A program made the position numbers and the translations under genes. The notes under the pieces are model-generated. The model was given only the letters and a program-made list of their open reading frames with translations, had not been told where the DNA came from and did no database searches. From NCBI GenBank assembly GCA_036788295.1, contig DAIQNR010000004.1, positions 47,187 to 111,186 on the forward strand: a DNA stretch of 64,000 nucleotides, in the 5' to 3' direction. This stretch comes from Myxococcota bacterium (lineage in GTDB: Bacteria > Myxococcota > Kuafuiibacteriia > Kuafuiibacteriales > Kuafuiibacteriaceae). This document shows, one piece after another, positions 19,731 through 28,413 of the stretch (the stretch's first letter is position 1; every line of letters starts with the position of its first letter).

Positions 19731-21440
19731 TCAACCGGGCGCCAGAAAGAGCACCCGGGCGAGCAAGAGGCCGAGCACCAGGCCGAGCGCCACGCCGGAC
19801 ATGAGCGCCGCCACCAGCGCTGCGACCCCGAAACGGGCTGGCTCGGCCACCGGGGCCACGACGACCGGCGGCGTCGGGATCGACGGCGATGGGGTGGGCG
19901 CCAGCACACGCCGCGGCGACAAGCCCGCCGGCTCCACGACGGGGCGGTGGCGGTCGGGCAGGGCCGTCGCCAGCTCGAATTCGGTGACCCTCGAGGACGA
20001 AGCCTGAAAAGCGCCGAGAACCGAAGCTTCCGTCGAGGCCTCGGTCGACTCCTGGCGCGAGATCTCGCTCTCGCCTCTTCGCGACGACGCGGACGGCTGC
20101 GGCGGACCGGCTGCGGCGTCGAGCTGCCATGCGCCTGCGAGCGGCCCGTCCATCGGGACCAGGCTCGGAGCGGGCCCCGGAGCTTCCGATTTCGGGGGCA
20201 GGGGCCGAGTGCGGGCATCGGCGTCGAGCTCTGCGAGCTCGACCAGCGTGTCCGGCGACGCGAGCTCGATGCTGCGCTCCGGGGGCCCAGCCGGCTCGAG
20301 CTCGACCCGAAATCGGGCCGCGAGACTGGTCTCGGTGCCCTCGGTGGCCAAGGAAGGGACCTTCGGGCTCTCTACGAAGTCCGGCTCGGACTCCGCGGCG
20401 TCGCCCGGGAACAGATCCACGTCGCGGACCGGGCCGGCACCGAGCGCGGACAGCCAGTCCGGTTGCGCGGGACCGTCGGCGGCGAGGGCGAGCTCGACGG
20501 CGCGCCGCCGGGCATGGATGACGGCGCCGAAGCGGGCCTCGCACAACGCGCCGACCGCCCTCGCGTTTTGGGGGTGCCGGACCTCGTCCAGATAGTTGCG
20601 AAGAGCGTCCCCCATCTCGAGGGCGGTCTGGAAGCGGCGCCCGAGCCGAGGCTCGAGAGCCCGGGCGCAGATGTCATCGAGCGCCGCGGGGACGTCTGGG
20701 ACCACGGAAGACAGCCGCGGGACCCGCCGCCGAAGGATGAGCTCCGCGACCTGCTCCGGAGAGTCTCCGCGGAACAAGCGCCGGGCGGCGAGGCACTCGA
20801 AAAGCACGATCCCCAGGCTGAACACGTCGCTGCGCCGGTCCACATCTCCCCCGGCGATCTGCTCGGGGGACATGTACGAGAACTTGCCTTTCACCACCCC
20901 GGCCCGGGTCGGGTCCCGTCCGGTCTCCGCCTTCGCGATCCCGAAGTCCACCACCTTCGTCTGGCCCTCGAAGGACACCATGATGTTCTGGGGCGACACG
21001 TCGCGGTGAACGAGGTGGTAGGGCCGCCCGGTGGCGTCGCGCAGCTCGTGGGCGTGGTGAAGGCCGTCGGAAGCGGCGGCCACGATGGCGGCGACATCGG
21101 CCGGAGGCAGGCGCTGGCCTGCCGTCGCCACCGTGCCGAGGAGATTCCACAACGTCTCCCCGCAGATGTATTCCATCGCGATGTAGTAGAGGCCCCGCAC
21201 CCGGCCGAGGTCGAAGATCTGCACGCATGCCGGGTGGGCGAGCCGGGCGGCGAGGCGGGCCTCGTCGAGGAACATGGCCACGAATGCGTCGTCGGCGGCC
21301 CGGTCGGGCAGCAGCGTCTTCACGACGACCGCCCTTCGAAATCCCTCGAGGCCGGGCTGCCGAGCGAGAAAGATGTTCGCCGTTCCGCCCGTGGCCAGGC
21401 GGGCGAGGACCTCGTACCGACCGAACGCCCTGGCCTCCAT
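19731..21440 (-). CDS. Ser/Thr protein kinase with C-terminal membrane anchor
   Basis: [20 protein letters not shown]; Pro-rich linker and a terminal TM segment. Confidence 0.92.
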   Translation of the reverse strand: MEARAFGRYEVLARLATGGTANIFLARQPGLEGFRRAVVVKTLLPDRAADDAFVAMFLDEARLAARLAHPACVQIFDLGRVRGLYYIAMEYICGETLWNLLGTVATAGQRLPPADVAAIVAAASDGLHHAHELRDATGRPYHLVHRDVSPQNIMVSFEGQTKVVDFGIAKAETGRDPTRAGVVKGKFSYMSPEQIAGGDVDRRSDVFSLGIVLFECLAARRLFRGDSPEQVAELILRRRVPRLSSVVPDVPAALDDICARALEPRLGRRFQTALEMGDALRNYLDEVRHPQNARAVGALCEARFGAVIHARRRAVELALAADGPAQPDWLSALGAGPVRDVDLFPGDAAESEPDFVESPKVPSLATEGTETSLAARFRVELEPAGPPERSIELASPDTLVELAELDADARTRPLPPKSEAPGPAPSLVPMDGPLAGAWQLDAAAGPPQPSASSRRGESEISRQESTEASTEASVLGAFQASSSRVTEFELATALPDRHRPVVEPAGLSPRRVLAPTPSPSIPTPPVVVAPVAEPARFGVAALVAALMSGVALGLVLGLLLARVLFLAPG

Positions 21441-21506
21441 GGGTGAACCCCGCGGGCGGGGACCCGATTGAGCCCGGTCAGTCCGCTCCTGTCAAAGCCG
21501 CGGGGC

Positions 21507-22277
21507 TCACCAGTGGGCGGCGATGGCAGCCCGCGCCGCCACCCGGGCCAGCCCGTCGCCGAGCTCGTTCGCGACCCGGCGCAGCGCGAAGCCGCGGGCG
21601 CGCTCCGATTCGGCCTGCCGATCTCGCCGGACCCGGTGAAAGCGAAACGAAGACACCGTCGAGCTGAGCACCGCGCTCAGGGTCACCGACACCCCAGCGC
21701 GGCCGAAGAAGCCCGAATCGACCGACTCGAGGTCCACCCCGAGCCGGGGGGCTCCCGGCCGGAGGACCACCCCCCGCCGGAGCAGCGCGTCGGCCAGACG
21801 ACGCTGGGCGTCCGCTCGTTCGAGCCCTTCGACCCGATCGATCTCGAGCGATACGGCAAGCGGCGCCGAGGCCAGCGAGGGCCGTCGCTCGACGAGGCGC
21901 TGCCACACCCGCCAGGACACGTGCATAGGAAACGGGGCGAGGCTGTCCCACGCCTCGAGCACGGCCTCCCTGCTGGCCCCCGGCGCGAGCCCTGGCGCCC
22001 GGCGGCCGTGGGCGTTAAGCCAATCGATGAGGAGCCGGTGTCCGACCGTCTCCCCCGGGTTCGGAGGCGAGGCCAAGAGGGCCTCGATCGCGGCCTTGGC
22101 GCCGGCCCCGTCTCCGGCGAGCTCCGCCTCCACGGCGAGCACCAGGGCCCGGCCGGCCCCACGGGCGTCGAGCGAGGTCGGCCCGGCGTGCGCGAGGCCG
22201 AGAAAGAGCGCAGGGCCCGGTGCGAGCGCGAGGCTGAGCAGCCAAAAGCGCGCGGTGGTCGGCTCGGCGCTCCCCAT
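21507..22277 (-). CDS. Exported hypothetical protein
   Basis: Hydrophobic N-terminus (FWLLSLALA..ALFLGLAHA); start chosen at ATG 22277, uncertain. Confidence 0.6.
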   Translation of the reverse strand: MGSAEPTTARFWLLSLALAPGPALFLGLAHAGPTSLDARGAGRALVLAVEAELAGDGAGAKAAIEALLASPPNPGETVGHRLLIDWLNAHGRRAPGLAPGASREAVLEAWDSLAPFPMHVSWRVWQRLVERRPSLASAPLAVSLEIDRVEGLERADAQRRLADALLRRGVVLRPGAPRLGVDLESVDSGFFGRAGVSVTLSAVLSSTVSSFRFHRVRRDRQAESERARGFALRRVANELGDGLARVAARAAIAAHW

Positions 22278-22400
22278 TCGATGTGCTTCTTCGGCCTCGG
22301 CGGCGCCCGCTCGACCCGCCGGCTGGTCCACCGTGCCCGTGCGCCCCGGCTCTGAACAGTCGGGAAGCACCAATTCGCCGGCCGCGCCGATGAACTGGGC

Positions 22401-23918
22401 GTGAATCCGGCTCGGATGTGGTCCGCCCTGTTGGGCGGGGTCGCCCTATGGGGCGGATGGACACCGCTCGCCGCCGCCGGACCCGAGATCCGGGCGACGG
22501 CCGGGTTTGCGCTCGGCGTCGATCCTTCGGGGCAAAAGCCGGCGGCAATGGCCGACGCGCTGCTCAGGACCAAGGTGGCGGCGGCGCCGAAGCTGCGCTG
22601 GGTCGAGCCAGCCCGGGTCCTGTCCGGGGACCCGAAGACCCGCGAGGAGGAGACGCTCGAGCGAGCCCGCGCCGCGCTGGCCGATGGGCGGCGGGCCTAC
22701 GACGCGCTCGCCCTCGACGACGCGATCGCCCGGCTCGGGCAGGCGGTCAGCCTGTATCAAAGGACAGGTCCGCTGCTCTCGGACGGCAACGAGCTCGAGG
22801 CTGCGCTCGCCCTGCTCGGCTCCGCGCTCGTGCTCCGGGGCTCGGCCGATGAAGCCGAGAGCACCTTCGTCGAGCTGCTGACCCTCGACCCCGGCTTTCA
22901 GCTCGGAGAGGCGCCCCCCGCAGTGGACCGAATCTTCGAGCGCGCGGTCGCCCGGATCGACCAGTCCCCCACCGGCGAAGTCGAGATCTACAGCACGCCG
23001 CCGTACGCGGCGGTGTTCCTCGATGGACGCTTCGAGGGCGTGACGCCGCTGGTCTTGACCGACGTGGTGGCCGGAACCCACTACTTGCGGGTCGAAAAGC
23101 TCGGCTACACCATGTACGGAGCGCCCCTCCAGATCTCGGGCGGACAGCGGGTGACCGCGCAGACCCGACTCTCGTCGCTGGTGCGAGGGGCGGAGCTGCG
23201 CGACCTGGCGGCCCGAGCCGTGGTGGAAGCGGACGGGGACGGCATGGGCGGACACACCCGCGAGCTGGGCCGGCAGCTGCTCGCCGACGTCCTCGTGGTC
23301 GTTGCCGTCCACCAGAGCGGGCAGGACGCCACCTTCACCGGGGCGGTCTACGACGCCCGAACGGGGGCCCGCACCGCGACCGAGCGGGCGGTGCTGTCCG
23401 CCGATGCCCAGCTCACCGAGCAGCTCGGGCGCTACCTCGACCGCTTGGTGGCGGCGGCGAGCGCGGAAGGGGCCGAACCCCTCCCCAAGGCGGAGGCCCC
23501 GGCCAGCGACCAGCCCTTTGGGCTCGGTCGGGACGGGAAGACCGGGAGCGCGCCGGGGACCGCGAGCGCGCAGACACTCGTCCCGTCCCGGTCGACCTCG
23601 AGCGCGGAGATTCTGGGGTGGACGTTGGTGGGGCTCGGCGGAGCGGCGGTGATCGGCGGCGCCGTCGCCGGCGGGCTCGCGCTCGACGCCCACGACGACT
23701 TTCGCCAGACCTCGCAGCGCTCACCGGACCTCGTTCGCCTGCAGGACCGGGGGCGAACCCTGGGAACGACCGCCGACGTGCTCTATGTGAGCGGCGGCGC
23801 GGTGCTGGTCGCCGGGGCCGCGCTCGTGGTGTGGTCGGGGCTCGAGCGGGGCCCCGTCCGAGCCGGCGTCGCCCCGACCGACGGAGGAGCCATGGTGGGA
23901 GCGTGGGGGCAGTTTTGA
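22401..23918 (+). CDS. PEGA-domain exported protein with C-terminal hydrophobic hairpin
   Basis: Signal peptide; VEIYSTPPYAAVFLDGRFEGVTP..GTHYLRVEKLGY (PEGA). Confidence 0.85.
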   Translation: MNPARMWSALLGGVALWGGWTPLAAAGPEIRATAGFALGVDPSGQKPAAMADALLRTKVAAAPKLRWVEPARVLSGDPKTREEETLERARAALADGRRAYDALALDDAIARLGQAVSLYQRTGPLLSDGNELEAALALLGSALVLRGSADEAESTFVELLTLDPGFQLGEAPPAVDRIFERAVARIDQSPTGEVEIYSTPPYAAVFLDGRFEGVTPLVLTDVVAGTHYLRVEKLGYTMYGAPLQISGGQRVTAQTRLSSLVRGAELRDLAARAVVEADGDGMGGHTRELGRQLLADVLVVVAVHQSGQDATFTGAVYDARTGARTATERAVLSADAQLTEQLGRYLDRLVAAASAEGAEPLPKAEAPASDQPFGLGRDGKTGSAPGTASAQTLVPSRSTSSAEILGWTLVGLGGAAVIGGAVAGGLALDAHDDFRQTSQRSPDLVRLQDRGRTLGTTADVLYVSGGAVLVAGAALVVWSGLERGPVRAGVAPTDGGAMVGAWGQF

Positions 23919-24868
23919 ACCGGTGGAGACATCCAGTCCGGGCGACCGAGCGAGGGGCGCACGAGGGGCGCCGCGCTCCGAAGTCGGCTCTCGGCGGCTG
24001 CCTCGAGAACCGCCGTCGGCCGGCTTTGCTCGCTGGGCTCTTGGCGCTCGGCGGCTGCGCGCTCGTGCTCGACTTCGAGGACCTCGAGGGCCTGCCCTGC
24101 CCGTGCGACGACCGCCACGTGTGCCTCTTGGCGAGCGAACGGTGCGTGCCCCGCGAATCGGTGGACCCGTTCAAGAGCTGCCCCACCGACACCCCGCTGT
24201 CCGGCAGCGAGACCTGCCGGCTCGAGCGCGACGCTACCGGGCGGGTGACCCAGGACTACGTCTGCGCGGCGTTGAATGGGCAGGGCCCGAGGTGCCTCCC
24301 GGTGTGTGCGCCGGTCCCGTATGGCCGCCGGGACGCCGGGCGCCTCGTCGCGAACCGGTGCCCGACGGGCACGACGTGCTGGAGCGTACCGACCGGGGAC
24401 TCCCCAGCGGGCGGGGTGTGCTCGGAGGGGATCTGCGAGGAGAGCCCGAACACCTGCCCAGCGACCCAGCGGTGCGCCCGGTTCAACGGAGCCGGGGTCT
24501 GCTTCACCGAGTGCAGCGTGTACGACCGGCCGAGCGGCTGCGGAGCGGACCAGGTCTGCCAGCTCATCGGGCTCGCGAACCTGACCGCCTGCGTCGCCGC
24601 CGGCCCCACCCCCACCGGCGGACTCTGCAACCAGATCGAAGGCGAGGAGCCGCTCGACGACATGTGCCAGCGCCAGGACACCGGGTCCGTGGTTCGTCCC
24701 CTGATCTGCGCCCACCCGGACGCGGCCACCGACCGGCGCGACTTCTGCCTCCCGGTGTGCAGCCCCGCCGACGGCAGCGGGTGCCTCCCCGGTGAGCTCT
24801 GCCTGCTCGCGCGAGCGAACGTGTACCCGTCCACCGGCCAGGGGGTGGGCGTGTGCGGTCTTCGCTGA
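23915..24868 (+). CDS. Cysteine-rich lipoprotein
   Basis: LLALGGC lipobox followed by many Cys in repeated C-x-C patterns; TTG start overlapping the upstream TGA is inferred. Confidence 0.75.
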   Translation: MNRWRHPVRATERGAHEGRRAPKSALGGCLENRRRPALLAGLLALGGCALVLDFEDLEGLPCPCDDRHVCLLASERCVPRESVDPFKSCPTDTPLSGSETCRLERDATGRVTQDYVCAALNGQGPRCLPVCAPVPYGRRDAGRLVANRCPTGTTCWSVPTGDSPAGGVCSEGICEESPNTCPATQRCARFNGAGVCFTECSVYDRPSGCGADQVCQLIGLANLTACVAAGPTPTGGLCNQIEGEEPLDDMCQRQDTGSVVRPLICAHPDAATDRRDFCLPVCSPADGSGCLPGELCLLARANVYPSTGQGVGVCGLR

Positions 24869-24922
24869 GCCTCAGCACGGGGCTGGGCAGGGCGTCGCCG
24901 CTCTGCTATCGGTGGAGGGTCC

Positions 24923-26557
24923 ATGCTCGACCTCTCCGCCCCTCGCAGCGGCGTCCTCGGCCCTGAGCATTGGTTTTCGGACCTCTACGTGGCCGCCCTG
25001 GAGGGCCGCTTCACCGGCGGGGTGCTCATCCGGGCGGACGACGGAGATCGCGCCCTGTTCTTTCGAGCCGGGGACCCGGTCCACGCCGGGGGGGCCGGGT
25101 TCTCCGATCACCTCCTCGGCGAGGTGGTGGTGAACCTCGGTCTGGCGGCGCGGCCGCTCGTCGTCGACGCCCTTCGCTTCCAGGCGAGCATTCCCGAGGA
25201 GGAGCGGCCGCTGCTCGGGGAGGTGCTGACGGCGCGGCTCGGGCTCTCGAAGGACGCGGTCGACCGCGCAGTGCGAACCCAGACCGAGGCCCGAACGGCG
25301 GCCTGCTTCGCGCTCGGAGCGGGGAGCTTTCACGCCGCCCCGGGGGAAGACGAGCGGGTTCGCTCGGTCGGCAGGCCGGTCGATGGGTGGGCGGTTCTCC
25401 TTCGCGGGTTGACCGAGCACGGCTCCGCGGAAGAGCTGCGGGGCACCGCCGACCGATTGCTCGGTCGCGCCGTCCGCCTGAAGGGGAGCGCCCGCCAGCT
25501 CGAGGCGTTGACGAGCCTGAGCGAGCCGATCCGGCACGGCCTCAAGTACCTGCAGAAGCCCCGGAAACCGGATCAGCTGGAGCGGGCGCTGGACCGGCGC
25601 CTCGCTCGGGGCCTCCTGCGCATGCTCGAGCTGCTCGAGCTGCTCGAGCTGCTCCCGGTGGCCCGAGCCATCCCCATCCCCAAGGTGGCCGCGCGACTGG
25701 AGACGTTCAGGGAAGACAGCCCGAACCCGGCCCCCTCGCCCCGCCCCGCCCAATCCGAGCGGCCCGCGCCCTCCCGCACCGACCCCGCCGCCGCCCGGTC
25801 CGCGGACCGATCGCCGTTCTCCGAAGTGGAGCGTCGGTTCGAAGAGCTCGGGCAGCTCGACCACTTCGGGGTGCTGGGGTTGGCTCGAGACGACCCGCCG
25901 GACCTGGTCCGCCGCCGCTACACCGAGCTGGCCAAGCGCTTCCACCCGGACGCCTTCAGCGGTCGGAACGTCCCGCCCGACATCGAGGAGAAGATTCGCG
26001 CCCTCTCGGCCCGGCTCAACGAGGCCTATCGGGTGCTCTCGCAGCAGGAGGCCCGGTCCGAGTACGAGGCGCTGCTCGAAGACGAGCGCTTCGCCGGGGA
26101 CAGCCGCCGGGCCGATCAGATCCGCGAAGCGTCGCTCAAGGTGAAGATGGCCCTGGTGCACATCAAGAAGCGGGAGTTCGACAAGGGTCGCGCGATGCTC
26201 CGAGCGGCGGTGGAGGCCGACCCTCACTCCCGCGCCTACCAAGCCCATTTGGCCTGGTCGATGTTCGTCGACCCGAAGTTCGACCGAGAAGAGGCCAAAC
26301 GAGAAGGGCTGCCCCTGCTCGTTGGGGCGCTCGCCACCGAGAACGAGAACCCGGTCGTGCACTTCTATCTCGGCCGGGCCTACAAGGAGCTCGGGCAGAT
26401 GAAGCAGGCGCTGCAGCACTTCAACGCCGCCTCGAAGCTCGATCGAAGCTTCGCCGACGCGCAGCGCGAGGCCCGGCTGCTCGCGGGACGGCTCGAAAAG
26501 GATAAGAAGTCCCAGAGCGACGTGAAGGGAGCGTTCGGCAAGCTGTTTCGCCGGTGA
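24923..26557 (+). CDS. J-domain (DnaJ-like) protein with N-terminal DUF4388-like region and C-terminal TPRs
   Basis: HFGVLGL...KRFHPD (intact HPD); TPR-like helices; GGAGGG RBS. Confidence 0.85.
   Translation: MLDLSAPRSGVLGPEHWFSDLYVAALEGRFTGGVLIRADDGDRALFFRAGDPVHAGGAGFSDHLLGEVVVNLGLAARPLVVDALRFQASIPEEERPLLGEVLTARLGLSKDAVDRAVRTQTEARTAACFALGAGSFHAAPGEDERVRSVGRPVDGWAVLLRGLTEHGSAEELRGTADRLLGRAVRLKGSARQLEALTSLSEPIRHGLKYLQKPRKPDQLERALDRRLARGLLRMLELLELLELLPVARAIPIPKVAARLETFREDSPNPAPSPRPAQSERPAPSRTDPAAARSADRSPFSEVERRFEELGQLDHFGVLGLARDDPPDLVRRRYTELAKRFHPDAFSGRNVPPDIEEKIRALSARLNEAYRVLSQQEARSEYEALLEDERFAGDSRRADQIREASLKVKMALVHIKKREFDKGRAMLRAAVEADPHSRAYQAHLAWSMFVDPKFDREEAKREGLPLLVGALATENENPVVHFYLGRAYKELGQMKQALQHFNAASKLDRSFADAQREARLLAGRLEKDKKSQSDVKGAFGKLFRR
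25623..25654 (+). repeat. In-frame 9-bp tandem repeat (TGCTCGAGC x3.5) encoding LELLELLELL
   Basis: Read directly from the sequence. Confidence 0.8.
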
Positions 26558-26613
26558 GCCGGCCGGCGCTGGCCCGCGTCCGAGGGGGCGTGTACGGTCC
26601 GGGGCGATTGCGC

Positions 26614-28407
26614 ATGGCCGCCGGCCGCACCGAGCCCCCACCTCCGCCCGAGGTCGCCGCGACCCTCCTTCAGCAGGGATGCGGGCGCACAATCGGGAGG
26701 TACACCCTGCTTCGCCGCATCGCGAAGGGCGGCATGGCCGAGGTCTATCTCGCCCGGTCCGACGGCGCCTCCGGGGTGTCCAAGCAGGTGGCGCTCAAGC
26801 GGATCCTCCCTCAGCACGCCCACAACGAGCGCTTCGTGGCCATGCTCGTGGACGAAGCCAAGATCGCGGTCACGCTCGCCCACCCCAACATCGCCCAGGT
26901 GTTCGAGTTCGGCCTCGAGGCCGAGGACTTCTTCCTCGTCATGGAGCACGTCCCCGGGCCATCGCTCGCCGATCTGCTCCGCCGAATCGACGCTCGGGCA
27001 CCGCCAGGGCGAACGCTGGGGCTCCCGATCCGCCACGCGGTGCACGTCGTGGCCGAGGTCGCGCGGGGGCTCGAGCACGCCCACACCCGGACCGACGTTC
27101 GGGGGCGTCCGCTCGGGATCGTGCATCGCGACGTGTCCCCCCAAAACGTGCTCGTCTCGTACGGCGGGGACGTGAAGCTCATCGACTTCGGCATCGCCCG
27201 GGCCCGAAACCGGCTCGCCGAGACCCAGGCTGGGGTCATCAAGGGCAAGCTCCGGTACCTCGCCCCGGAGATCGCGGCCGGCGAGGAGCCGGACCACCGG
27301 GCCGACGTCTATTGCTGCGGGATCGTGCTGTTCGAGCTGCTCACCGGCGAGGCCCTGTACGCCCCGGCGTCCGATTTCGAGGCGATCGAGATGGCAACCC
27401 GAGGGGTCGTGCGGTCGCCGCGGGCCAGCAACCCGGCGGTGCCCGCCGAGCTCGACGCGCTCGTGCGGCGCACCCTGTCGAGGGACCGGGCGGGGCGTCC
27501 GCCGACCGCGAGGGCGCTGCAGGATGACTTGCGGCGCTTTCTCAACCACTTCGACCCGGGTTTCGTGGAGAGCCAGTTCGGCGAGTTCGTCAGCGAGCTG
27601 TTCGCCGCCGAGCGGGCGCGGGACCGAGCCCTCGATGTCGCGGCCGAGATGCTTTCCCGCCGCAGCACTGAGGAGGCGACCGAGTTCGGGCCAAGCCCGT
27701 ACCGGTCCATCGTGGCCGCCGAAGCGCCGGCGCCTCGGCCGGAGGCGGAGCCGGTCGAGGCGCAGCCTCCGCGCACCCGCGCCGCCCGCTGGTGGTGGGG
27801 GGCGCCGGTGGCCGCCGGCGCGCTCGCTTACGCCCTGGCCCGCCCCGCGCCCCCGCCGGATCCGGTTCCGGAAGCGGAAGCGGAAGCGAGCCCGATGCTC
27901 GGCACCCTCGAGCTATCGATCTCGCCGCCGGTGCCGGTCCGGGTCGAGCTCGACGGGGCGGTGCTGGCCGACGGGGCGACGCCGCCGCTGCTGCTTCGGG
28001 CCGCCCCCGGCTTGGTTCATCGGCTGGAGATCTCGGCCGACGGCTACGAACCTCATGAATCCAGGGCCGAGGTGGGGGCGGGGAGAACCACCCGGATCGA
28101 GCTCACGCTCGAGCCCAAAGCTCCACCCCCGACGACGACCGCGCCCGTGCCTTCGCCCCGCGGCCCCACGTCACCCCCGCCGGCGCAAGAGCGGCCCCGC
28201 CGACGGTTTGGCCACCTGCTGGTCAACAGCCGTCCGGCGTCGGTCGTCTGGATCGGCGGCCGAAAGCTCGGTGAGACCCCGGTACGCACCCGGCTGCCGG
28301 CCGGACGCCACCGGGTGACCCTGGAGGGACCGGGCGGGGCCAAGAAGGTGGTCATCGTGCAGATCCGCGCCGGTCATGAGGACCAGTTCACGTACCGGTG
28401 GCCGTGA
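26614..28407 (+). CDS. Membrane Ser/Thr kinase with PEGA-like extracytoplasmic domains
   Basis: [21 protein letters not shown]; TM segment WWWGAPV..; PEGA LVNSRP..GETP. Confidence 0.92.
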   Translation: MAAGRTEPPPPPEVAATLLQQGCGRTIGRYTLLRRIAKGGMAEVYLARSDGASGVSKQVALKRILPQHAHNERFVAMLVDEAKIAVTLAHPNIAQVFEFGLEAEDFFLVMEHVPGPSLADLLRRIDARAPPGRTLGLPIRHAVHVVAEVARGLEHAHTRTDVRGRPLGIVHRDVSPQNVLVSYGGDVKLIDFGIARARNRLAETQAGVIKGKLRYLAPEIAAGEEPDHRADVYCCGIVLFELLTGEALYAPASDFEAIEMATRGVVRSPRASNPAVPAELDALVRRTLSRDRAGRPPTARALQDDLRRFLNHFDPGFVESQFGEFVSELFAAERARDRALDVAAEMLSRRSTEEATEFGPSPYRSIVAAEAPAPRPEAEPVEAQPPRTRAARWWWGAPVAAGALAYALARPAPPPDPVPEAEAEASPMLGTLELSISPPVPVRVELDGAVLADGATPPLLLRAAPGLVHRLEISADGYEPHESRAEVGAGRTTRIELTLEPKAPPPTTTAPVPSPRGPTSPPPAQERPRRRFGHLLVNSRPASVVWIGGRKLGETPVRTRLPAGRHRVTLEGPGGAKKVVIVQIRAGHEDQFTYRWP

Positions 28408-28413
28408 TCGGTC

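Noticed and set aside
27121-27150. HRDVSPQN catalytic loops (three kinases) as pseudokinases
   Set aside because: The Lys-to-Ser variant is common in myxobacterial kinases, and the VAxK, HRD, DFG and xPE motifs are intact.
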